Of a stretch of DNA of 64,000 bases, positions 12,901-25,740 are shown one piece after another. Position 1 is the stretch's first letter, and each line of letters begins with the position of its first letter. The notes under the pieces are model-generated. The model saw only the letters and a list, made by a program, of their open reading frames with translations. It was not told the origin of the DNA and searched no databases. The translations under genes and the position numbers were made by a program. Source of the stretch: Octopus sinensis (Eukaryota). The stretch covers positions 10,043,360 to 10,107,359 of the forward strand of contig NC_043019.1 in NCBI RefSeq assembly GCF_006345805.1. The letters are read 5' to 3'.

Positions 12901-15900
12901 AGGAAAAGGGGGTTCAGGAAGGTAAACCTTATTTTGTTTGGCAGTAGATAACCTTAAAAATAATGAATAAATAAGTAAATGAGAAATATTTTATATAGAA
13001 TTATGGTGGAAATTAAAAGACAATACAATTAGAATTAATTTTGTAAAAAAATTAAATATAGAGCCAACAAGCAACAGCAAAATATTTAACAGTGTTGCTT
13101 GTCTGAGTCAAAAAAGTCATTCTGCTCCAAGATGAAAATATTCTCAACTGCAAATTAAAACTAGCTTCATTTTGCCAAGTTTCAGTTCATTTTGAGAAAT
13201 TGAAAACTGATCGAGTAAAGATTAAAGTCACTTCCCTGGCTTTTTTGCAGCAATGATGCCAAAGCTACAAATAGATTGTCTTAAATTTTAATATTTGGTC
13301 AGTGGATTAGCAGAAACCTTAGAACACCAGACAAAATACCTTATGGTATTTGATAGAGTTCTGAATTCAAATCCTGCTGTTGAGATCAACTTTGCTCTCC
13401 ATTCTTATGGAATTTTAATAAAGAACCAGTCAAATATGGGTCAATATAATTGACTCTTCCCTAGCCCCAAATTTTGTGCTTATGTAAAATATCAATTTTA
13501 TATACACAAAGAAAGAAAGAATTATTATTTAATCAAGAAAGAATGCATGTAAATTGTTAGTTTTCATAGTTCAATATTCCAATTACCATAATCATATTTA
13601 CATGAATCCTTGAATATTCTGAACCCTTAGTGACAGTCATGTTCCAATGATCCTATTATTCCAATCAAACGAGATCAATAGACTGCCTTTAAATGCTTTT
13701 TTGAAACTCAAACTGCTTATTTATAACTCTTATAATCACCTGAAGAGCTCAAAGAAAATACTTTGGGTTACAATGTAAAATTCTTGTAATAATACATTTT
13801 TTGCAGATAGTTAAAGGTGGTAGACAGCTGCTAAGAACTGCAAAAGCTATCAAAATGTATATACAGCTGTTCCTTCTTTTACCATTTGCAATAAAGTGTT
13901 CAAACAAATTGCTTACAACTGTCATAATGCACTGTGTTGTTAACTAAGAAACCAAAAGAAATGTTCAATAGCACATTATGGTAATAAAACACCATTAACA
14001 CATGAGTAAGTTAATATTCAGTCTTGCTGAATGAAATGTTAAATATTCAAATTGGTCTATTGTGTTTAACCTTTAATATTTGTGTGTTTATAAGAAGAAT
14101 GCTTGAGGATAGTTAAAGGTGGTACACAGCTGTTGATGAAGACTCCAAATAGAGTCAACATGTATAGCTGTGTCCCCTATTATCTGTTAGTACTTACATC
14201 ATTCAGACGAATTGTTTAGGTGTTAGCTAAAAAAAAAAATTCTATAGATATGTTCTATAGTAGATAGGGCAACAAAACACTGTTAACAGGCATTAATAAT
14301 ACCTCACCACTACAAAAGTGTTAAAAATGTAAATTAGTCTATCCATTTTAACCTTAGATATGAGTGGATTTATAAGCAGTGTGTTTGTGAATGCTTAAAG
14401 GTGATACACACCTGCTGACAAAGACTCCAAAAACAGTTGAAACATATTTATGGCTGTTCTTTCTTTTTCTGTTTGCACACATATTGTACAGATGAAATGT
14501 TTACAATCGTTGGAATACAGTGTTGGCTAAAAATCCTGTAGATATGTTCCACAGTACATTATAGCAACAAAGCTAAACACTGTTAACACATCAGTATATT
14601 ATGTATAGACTTCACTACTACTGATAATTAAATTCAAACACTCTGAACTAAAGGATGAACCAAGTCCAACTATAATTTTGTTTAATAAGATTACTGTATA
14701 TGTTGGTATGTAAAACAACTGGTATATATAAGACATGTAGGTTGTTACCCAGGGAGGGGCTAACATATTGTCAACCATCAACCATAGACACAAAATTAAA
14801 GATTCACATTTCACACCTGAGGCATAAGGCAAGCCCCTATTTTTCAGGGGATGGGAGTAAGGTTATAAAGTTGTTCATTATGCTAGTATATAAGCCACTA
14901 TTAACTTTTCTAGACATAAAATATTTTTTTGAGATTTACATCTAGACTATCTTTCAGTTTGGTCTCTCGTTGTACATAATTCAGACAAAATTTCAACAAA
15001 GAATGTTTATTTCTACAGTATGGGTAGTAATGCTTTTTTCCACAATTAATACAATTAATGTTACATTTTTTTTAGCCTATTTAAATTTATTTTACAATAA
15101 AGACAGTCATACAGAGCTGAAATCCATGCTGGGCTTATTGATTGGGTTATCAAACCAGTTAAAACATAGCATGGGTCTAAATATTTAAAAAATGTATCAT
15201 CTCAGGGTGCAATATGTAGAGCTCAAATCACCATGCAGACACTCCTTTGTGTATTTACACATGTGAATAATTCTTTCACTAAAACTTTTCACACATTAAT
15301 TCTATCTGAATTTTTATAAATTTATTACAAATTTTTAAACACAGAATTTATAATGACCTTGTTGACAATTAGGCGACATATATACATGTGTGTGGATGTC
15401 TCTTGTCTTGTCATGATTTTTCTAAATGACCATTACAGTTTTACAAGCAATGTCATTCATTTCCTGTCTTCTGTGTGTTTTTCATTTGTTTCCAAACATG
15501 TCCACAGAAGCCATGGACATGTTTGGAAACAAGTGAAGGCTGGCAACAGGAAGGCATCCAGCCACAGAAAATCCACCTCAACAAATTCCATTTGTCCCAT
15601 GCAAGCATGGAAAAATAGATGTTAAAAACGATGAAGGAGAGGTAGAGGAATTCCTGCTGTTTATTTTACCCGGTGTCTACCTACAAGTCCTTGAAAGAAA
15701 GTATGGCAGGACCCAAACTTAAAGACTGAGAGGAACCATACTACAAGTCATTTAGTTCAATATGCAAACTGCCACAGTCAACTCTCACAGCTCTTGATCT
15801 GAAAATGAACACAGAATAATGAATGAAAACAGAAAGAACTACTTACCATTCAGAGAAAATATTGGCATATGCTAGAGTACTATCAGATACCGGTGAGAGG

Positions 15901-16552
15901 AAATACATGGGGACTTGTCCCATTGCACAACTGTCCAAGTGCCCAGATAGACACTCAAAGAGATCATATGTAATGCCAGAAGGATAACAAGGAACCAAGA
16001 CATTTCCACCATTCTTCACTGTCAGTGCTGTATAGAAAATGAAAAAGAAGGAAAAACATGAAATATCTCAGCTGCTGTTTGTATGTTTACTATCATTAAT
16101 ACTACAAGAAATATTTCTGTTATTTTACACTTCATAAAATGTGAAAACTTTCTCCAACTACCACCACAGTTGAATGAAGGCCATGAATACTTGTTGCAAG
16201 CAAACATAAAAATTCACATCGTTCACATTCACATGAGAAAGTCATTACACCATTGACTTTTTTGGAACTTGTCAATAATTCAATCAGTAAATTCTCTATA
16301 TTATTTCTTTATAGTAGCTGTTTAGGTTATGTTCCTTTCATTTGTTTTGATGTATACAGAGGCACATACATCCACTAAAGGTCATATGTGTGACACATAT
16401 TGCATGCATTTATACAAGAGTATGAGTGAATGCATTCGTACAGTGCAACTAAACTGTACTGGATGTTGCATGAAATCATTGATAGCATCTAGACCAATTT
16501 GAATCTCCTTGTTCGTTCACCCATTATACTTTAGTCAGAGAAGTGGAGTGTG

Positions 16553-16588
<36 letters not shown>

Positions 16589-17354
16589 TGAAGAAAGAAG
16601 AGAGGAAGAAGTAGAGAAAGGCAATTAATACTAATACACCTAGGCCAAATGCATCACATGGTCAGTAGAAGGTAGAGGCAAAGAACAAGAGAAAAAGAAG
16701 GAGAGAGAAGTGTTAACAGACAGTGGGGTGGGGAAGGAATACGTATTACATGATTAAAAAGTAAGCAGAAGGGAAAGGTGAAGAGAAAGAGATATGTTTA
16801 GGAAACAATATTTAGCAGAAGGTGATGAGGTCAAGGAAAAATAGATAAAGAGAGATGGACAGGAGAGGCAGTTATAGTGACCATCACTTAACGTATATGC
16901 ATAAGTGCAATTATTTATCATCTGCTCACTTAAAAAATTGATATTTGTTTATAAGGGTTAATTTAGCCTAAACTATGGATTCACAAAAAACATAGTTGCA
17001 AGCTGCCCAAGAAAAGATGCTTGTATAAATAGCATTTATCAGAGAGAAACAGCAATAATAAAAAATAGGGAAAAAAAAGCAACACTGATGGAGAATTGAG
17101 GAAATGAAGGTAGAACATCAAGTAAAGAAAGGTAAACTATGAATGCATTAAAAATGCAAAGTCCTATTAATTTTTATCATTCCATGGAATTTACATGGAT
17201 CCCACGAGTAAAGAATATATTTATCCATCAGATGCAATGTTGAGCACTAATTTTCACTGTTCAGCACTATCATATATATATATATATCATAAACATCATT
17301 GCTTAACATCCGCCTTTCATGTAGGCATGGATTGGACATATGTGTGTGTGTATG

Positions 17355-17399
<45 letters not shown>

Positions 17400-20300
17400 T
17401 GTGTGTGTGTACGCGTTAGTGTCTCTGAGTTTTGACTTTATGTAATCACTGTCATACAACCAATGGTAATTATTTCAATCTTCCATGAAAATACAACAGG
17501 CCACTGGAAAATATCATCTTGCTTGGAAACAGGTGAAGGCATCCAGCTGAAGAAAATCTGCCTCAATGAGTTCCGTTTGCCCCATGCAAGCATGGAAATG
17601 TGGATGTTAACACAGGGCTGATGCACACACACGCATGTATACACATAGACATGTATATAGATACACAAGAGTAACTCACAACATGACAATAATAAAACAG
17701 ACCTGCTTTTAAGCAAAACTCTCCGATCATAGCATCAGGGTTTGCAAGTGGCCTTTGAGATAAACAGCTAAGAATGAGGACATCAGCGTTCTTCAAGGGT
17801 CCAGTTTCCATCGGCTGAAAAATATGAACAATGAGAATATGAATTATAATCATTATCTAGTTTTTCTCTTCATGCATGTGTATATTTGTGTCTACGTGTA
17901 TGTGTGCATGCATGTGTGTGTGTGTGTGGGGGGGGTGCACTAGTGAGTGTGTATTTCATTTTACATGTAAAACAAGATAGTTTTAATTGACCTTGAGTAC
18001 TAGCATCTACAGAATCGTGTGTGTGTGTGTACTGCCAAGCAAGGGATGGAAATATTAATTTGAAAAACAGCTCCCTGAAAAGACAAGCGAGCCCTAATGG
18101 AAATATATCTGTTCAGCAAAAGAAACTAATAGAATTAAGTACCAGGCTTTAAAAATAGATATTGGGTTAGATTCAACTAAAATCCTTTGACTAAAAGAAG
18201 CTTGTTTCGTGTGTGTGTGCACGTGCATTCCCTTGCCTTGACATTGGGTGATAGTTGTAAATAAGTGTCATTCATTTCCAATATTCTAATAAAACATGTT
18301 TAGCCACAAGGAAATACAGGGTGTGGACAGTATTTGAGGACATGCATTTTTAGTCATTATTTCATTTGAATAATTTTTATTGAACTTCTGTTCAGAAAAT
18401 AACAATGACAGGCCCTATGCTTACTAATGAAATGAAAAAGTATGCTGTGATTGTGGCTTTGAAGGCAAAGTATGCTGATTTAGAAATTTCTCGTCTTCTG
18501 AAAGTTGCAAGATCTTTTGGCCACAAGACTTGGTCTGAGTTAGAGAAAGAAGATGGAAGCATATTACCTGTATCAAAACGTAAAAAACATTCCAAACGCT
18601 CTGGTTCTATCAGGACACCTGAATTTATTCAGGAAGTTAAGCAAAACATTGAAGACAATCCAGGAAAATCCATGAGGTCAATTGCAGAAAAAATTTCGTA
18701 TGTCAGAAAAAACAATCAGAAATGTTGTGCATGAAGACATCAGGTACAAATCTGATGTGATGAGGAGAGGTCAATTCATATCAGAAAAAAACAAAAGAAA
18801 ATAGTTTAATCAGATCCAAAAGACTTTTGAACAAACTTAAAAACTTTGACCAGGACCAGGTCCAGAAAACTAACAGACAAAATGACAAATGGCTATGTGC
18901 AGACCCTTCTGAGATTCCAAGTGTAATGCCCAGAAAATTTCCAGCGAGTGCCATGATTATGGGTATTGTCAGCAATTAAGTATGTGTGATGCTTCATCTC
19001 TTTTTTCCACAAGGCCTTAGGGTGAATGCTACTGCATATATTGAGGTTCTGGATAAAGTTGTTAAGCCTTGAATCAACAATGTATGCAATGAAAGGCCTT
19101 ATGTCTTTCAACAAGATTCTGTGCCATCACACAAGAATGGAGGGCCAGCAATTTGCATGATCACATCAACCCCAACATTTGGCCTCCTAATTCTCCAGAT
19201 CTTAATCCACTGGACTACTATGTATGAAGCATCATTGAGAAAATGTCAATGAACAACCCCATAGCACCAAAGATTTTTGAAAGCTGCCATAGTTCAAGTC
19301 ATGGCCAATATGAACAAGGACTGCTTAATCCAAACTTGTAAACAATTTTGACCCTGCATTGAGACATTTATTGATGTTTATGGTGGCTTTATTGAATGAA
19401 ATTATTAGATTGATAATTTAGCTTTATGCTTATGTTATTTTTATAAAAATAGAGTTTTTTTCTGTTATCATATAGTGTTTTTTTAAACCATAAACCCGGC
19501 CTCAAATACTGTCTGCGTCCTGTATTTCCTTGCTTGGAAGCAGGCAAGGATTGGTGAAAGCAAATTAATCTAAGTGTAGAAAACCTGTGTCAATAAACTC
19601 TGTCTTTTTCATACAAGCATGGAAAAGTGGACATTAAAAGAATGATGAGGATATACATATAATTGTCGTAACAATAGCCCAGATCCTTACCACTTTTAAC
19701 AATAAATCTTTTAGCTTCAAGTTATCTTTTAATCAAATCCCTCATTGATTTGTTGTTGGTAATAGAACTTATTAAAACTGCTTGATTATTATTATTGTTA
19801 TCATTATTATTATTATTATCATTATTATTATTAGCACAATCCAAGTGGGATTTTCTGGGCCGTTTTTTCAGCTGATGGCAATAAAATTATTTTATGGATC
19901 TTTGCAGTTTGGCTGCCAATTTTCAAAAATTCAAAGTTTATTGAAAAATTATAAAATTTGGTACATTAATATAGTTTCCCAAGCTGAATCTTAGGAGATA
20001 TTTCACTTTCTTTCCAGAAAAATTTCAAAAAAGAGTTATAGAGGTTTGAAGTTTGATAATTTCCACCCAGTCAGAAACAGGATTTGGAAGCTATCATTTT
20101 GTGTGTGACTGTACGTTTTGTCAACATCTTAAAAACAGCATGTGCTGTCAATATTCTGAAGATTTTGTCTGCGACTGCGAGTAATATATTCTACATGTGT
20201 TGATAAATATATTCTACATGAAACGTGTTGACGCTGTGTTCTGCTTGTGCTCTGGTTATATTTGTCACTGGATGTTTGCCGTCGATTGAGTTGAACTGGT

Positions 20301-23300
20301 CAATGAAGATATATTTCATTGACTGTGAGTGTGTGTATATATATATACATACATACACACACACACACACACATAATTCGTTGACTGAAACAAAATCGCG
20401 AACATTTAACTGTAATATTGGATCTTTTCAAAGTTTATTGGAATATATTTGTCAACACATGTGCATAGAATACATTTCTCGCAGTCACAGACAAAATAGT
20501 TCTCGTGTTTGGCTTGTTACTATGGAAACAGGCATGAATGTGTCTGTGACTTGACTAAAATTACCCAAATTTTTCAAACTTTAAAAGCTAATAGCTCTTT
20601 ATTTATTGATTTATTGTGAAAATGAATTTCAAACCAGTGATTAGCATATAAAACCATATCATTACACCAAATATGAAATCAATTCGAGTAGGAATTGAAC
20701 AGATTGAAAATTGGCAGATCAGACAGAAAAGATCCTATTTTATTTTTTTAAACTGCAGTTAGACTTAATACAATAAAAAATCATTGATTGTTTTTGTTAC
20801 TGTAATATTAAAAGCTGTTCAACTTACTTTAGGGTGTGTTGTTAGGGTAGACGTACCAGCAATGTACACAATCTGTAAGTCAAACACAAAGAGAACAATT
20901 TAAAAAGCAACATCAAAATTTTAGGATTTTTTAATGTCTGTTGTGGATTAGAAGAGTCTAAAAAGGAATAAGTTTGCTACAGAATTAGCAATAGTCAAAA
21001 ACAGAGACACTGAACTAAATCAAAACATGCAAAGTATAATCGAAAAAAAAAAGGTATTGGGCTACATATAATCAAAAATAGACAAGAACTGAGCCAGACA
21101 GAGTCAAAACTAGAGAGTTACTTAATTAGATTATCATAATTGGAAATGCCATCACAAGTAAATATGCAAATTAGTGAGTTAAAACTAGAGAGGTACTAAC
21201 TAGAGACAGTTAAACCTAGTGTGGTACTGAACTAGGCAAAATTATTGAGAAACTGAACAAGATATAATGTGATAACTAGTAAGGAACTAATCTAGAGACA
21301 GTCAAATACACTAAGGTACTGGACACGAGACAGTAAAAATTAACGAGGTACTGAACAAGCAAAACTAATGAGATATGGAACTAGATACAGGGAAAACATC
21401 CAGCCTGCTGTTTCACGTATTCAGTCTTCTTTTATCCACTACACCATCAGTTTTTAAACTGTGTAAAGTATACAGGTATAGCTATGCCTTTAAGAATTCC
21501 TCTTAAAAAAACGTGATACAGGTTTGATTCCAATACACAGCATCTGGGGCTAAAATCTTCTATGGTAGCTTTGTAAGTAATAATTGAGAGCTGGAAATCA
21601 TACAAAAGTCTGTTATGGTCGCCATTTTTTTCCTCCATACTTGCTTGGGTTAGATAGGTCTTTTCTTGCAGAGTATTAGTTACTTGTTGCAGTTCATGTT
21701 CATTAGCTTTCACCACTTCTTCTCATGTCTTCCTTGGACTTGTTCTCCCACAGATTCCTTCTGCTTGGATCATTTCGTACTACTTTACCATACAATCAGC
21801 TTGCATCCTTATCACATACTGAACCAACAAAACTCTTTTCTCTTCTTCATTACATCGGATGCCTACTCTTCTACAGTTTTCCCCTCAGCTCTTCTGTGTC
21901 CTTGTTTTTAACCTGCCTGCAATAACAATGCATTTCTTGTGCACCCTTAGTTTATAATAGAAACACCATTTGGAAGAATTCATATCAAGTCCTATCCCTT
22001 TTCCAATGGCAGTAGGATCCTGTTTCTGCCCCTGCTAACTAAAATTTTGAGAGTTCAAGTCTAGGTTTCACTTCCAAGTTCAGAATTTCTGCATTAATTC
22101 TTTGAGCAATTCAATTATGAGAAATAGGACAGGAGTATATACAAAAGTTTCCATGACAACCAGTTTCAAACTTCACTTTTATGGCCAGAAGAAATATAAT
22201 AAACAAGAGTGGGCTGCAAACTGGACACTGATGGACATCTACCATGGTGTTAAATTGCCAAATTTATTGCAAACTCACACCATGCTAAGGATGTCCCTAT
22301 ACACAGCTTCTATGGCAACAGACAATAGCATATGATGCGATATATTTTGATGAATAAATGCTTTTCTGATGTAATTTGATTGAACTATTAATTAAAACTT
22401 GAAATATAAAAAAACTTCTGACTCAACCTGGTACACACACATATCTTTTGACAAAAAATTGGCAAGAAAATTAATAAAATGGTGCTTGAAAACAAAAATG
22501 TCTTGTGATATTGTTCTATATGAGATCTTATTACTTTCACCATTGTAAATACAGTGAACTACCGATTAGCCCATTGCAGTTTTGTTCACAAAATGCTATA
22601 AAAAAGCAAAATGAGTATTATAATGAATGAACTTACTTTCTCATACTGTGAAGAAATTACCCAATTGCTACTGCCAAGACATACACCTGAGCTTGTGGCC
22701 ATGGCATCTAAGGCACCAAAAAATTCCTAATTTAAAGACACATTAACAAACAAACATTAATAAATTACACGTAAAATGTAAGAAAGCATAAAAGACAATA
22801 ACAATATCAAAATATTGAAAATTCCTAAATTACAAGACCTTGGAAAACCTGGGACGAGGTGGTGAAGCACGACCTTTGAACTTTAGGTCTCACTGAGGAA
22901 TTGACCAGAGACCGAGACCTTTGGAAATATGCTGTGCGTGGGAAGACCCAGCAGGACAAGTGAGATCATAACCCGTGGCCTCTACATGGGATGTAGCCAG
23001 TCCACTTATGCATACCTTTCCTTCTTGTGACACAAACCCTACTTGTGAAGACCTGTTGAGGCAAGTGAAAATCAAAATCAAAATTGAAATCGATCAACAT
23101 CAATGGAAATTGTAGCTGTGATACCAGTGCCGGTGGCACGTAAAAAGCACCATCCGATTGTGAAAGAGTCGATTAAACTGATCCCGGTATTTGACTGATA
23201 CTATATAATAAAGGTGATGATAACTGAAATGTAAAAATCCCTGGGAAATGTTGTTTACAGCATTTCTGAAAATAGCCAAAGAATCATTGCTTTGGCTTGG

Positions 23301-23731
23301 GTCAAAATACAGGTTTCTTGATATGTTTGACAAACCAAGATGCATAAACCAAACACCAATCAACTCAAGTAATTTAGTAAAGCCATACACTGATTGGTCA
23401 GAATACAGTTTGCAAAACTTAACATCTTGGAGCTTATACAAATGTATTTAAAGCACATGTTTTAGCCATCTCACTACAGTTGTAAATTGTAAAACATAAC
23501 TGTCACCACTACTACACGAAATTGAAGATTGCATAGTTTAATGCATGAAAGTACCAGTTCAATCAGAATGGACTTTCAATATTCTATCATTTCATTACAT
23601 TATATTATAAGATTGTAAATAAAACATGAAAATCAGACAAAGTTCGAATTTCTTTGAGTAATATATTCTTCTATACACAATCATACACATCCGTGTATAT
23701 ATGTACATACATGTATGTGTGTGTGTGTGTG

Positions 23732-23770
<39 letters not shown>

Positions 23771-25698
23771 TCATCATCAATTGACATGGTTGTCCATACT
23801 GGCATGGGTTGGACAGTTTGACTGAGCTGACATGCTGGAAGGCTGCACCAGGCTCCAGTCTGATTTGGCATGGTTTTCTATGGCTGGATGCCTATCCTAA
23901 TGCCAACCACTCTAAGAATGTAATGGGTGCTTTTATGTGCCACTGGCACAGGTGCCATTTGCGTGACACTGGTATCTGCCACCACTGTGACTTTTCTCGG
24001 CTTTATGGGTCTTCTTCTCAAGCATGACATAATGCCAAAGGTCTTGGTCATTGCTTCCATGAGGCCCAAAGCTTGAAAGGAACTTGGCTACTTTGCCTCC
24101 ATGGGGTCCAATGCTTCAAACGAACTCAGCCACCTTGCCTCAATGAGGCCCAACGCTCGAAAGGAACCCAAGCACCTCATCTCCATGAGGCCCAATGCTC
24201 GAAAGGAACACAGCCACTTTGCCTCTGTCAGGCCCAATCCTTGAAAGGAACTCAACTACTATGCCTCCATGAGGCCCAACACTCAAAACAGAGCCACTTA
24301 GCCTTCGTGAGGTCCAATGTTCAAAAGTTGATTTTCTTTCATGCCACCAGCATGGATGCACTTGGCTTGACAGGCCTCTGAAGCAGAGCACATTGCCAAA
24401 GGTCTCAGTTACTTGTTATTGCCTCTCTGTGGTTCAAAGGTCAAAGATCATGCTTCACCACCTCATCCCATGTCTTCCTGGATCTACCTCTACCACAGAT
24501 TCCCTCAACTGTTAAAGATCAGCACTTCCTTATAGAGTTGTCCTCATCCACATGCATCGTATGACCATACCAGCACAGTCATCTCTCTTGCATACCACAT
24601 CTGATTCCTCTCATGCCTAACTGTTCTCTCAAGATGCTTACACTCTGTTGAACATGCACATCCAGCGAAGCATACTGGCTTAATTTCTCTCAAGTCAATG
24701 GATATCCTCAGCTGTTATAGCCCATGTTTCACTGCCGTGCATCAAACAATCTGCCTTTCACTCTGAGGTAGGAGCTCTCAGAACTTGGCCCAACTTAATC
24801 TTATGCTCTCAGAACATCCACCTCCACTACTAACCTGGTAGCCTATATACTACTCTAGCTTGCCCCACTGCCAGTTGATGGAATCTATTTTCCGCACATG
24901 TCCAGCATTTATTATGCCTGTGAACCTTCCACATACAAAAGTTAGTTTCTCTGTTAACCTTACTTTGATGTTGCTGCACCTTTTGTGTGTCCAAAGCTTA
25001 CACTAGGTGCATCTTATGGAGTTTCTACCTATGCCTTTTCTACAGACTGAGCAGGGCCATCTACCTGAAGGGATTTGTGATTTTTCTGCCTTCCTACTTA
25101 CTATGACTTTGGTTTTTGCTAGGTTAACTCTAAGGCCCTTTCATTCTAGATCTTGTTTTCATACCTGGAACCTCTTCTCTAACTCAGGTAGCAATTCAGC
25201 CATAAGAGCAAGGTCATCAGCATAGAGGCGCTCCCAGGGGCAGCCTGTCTTGAATTCTTCTGTTATTGCTTGGAGGACTATGATGAACAAGAGGGTGCTG
25301 AGCACCGATCCTTGTTGAACCCCTACTTCTACCCTGAATTCTAGGCTGTACTCATTGCTCACCCTCACCTTACCAGTAGCGTCCTTGTACAAAGCTTCCA
25401 CAGCTCTCGTCTATCCCTAGTTTCCGCATTGACCACCAGATAAGGGATCAGGGGACTTTGTCAAAAGCCGTCTCCAAATCAACAAAAGCCAAGTACAGAG
25501 GTTTATCTTTGGCTATGTATCTGTCCTGCAATTGCCTTACCAGAAATATAGCATCAGTGGTGCTTCTACCTGGCATAAAGCCAAACTGCATCTCATCTAG
25601 ACTAATTCTCTCCTTAATTAGTTGGGCTATGAATCTCTTTGTAACCTTCATTGCCTGATCCAACAACTTGATAGCTATGTAATTATTTCTATTTATAA

Positions 25699-25740
<42 letters not shown>

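Noticed and set aside
24060-24330. ~40-bp spaced repeats (catgaggcccaatgctcgaaaggaac) as a CRISPR-like or novel array
   Set aside because: They are internal repeats of the RTE 3' UTR; the same block occurs in reverse orientation at about 52990-53150.
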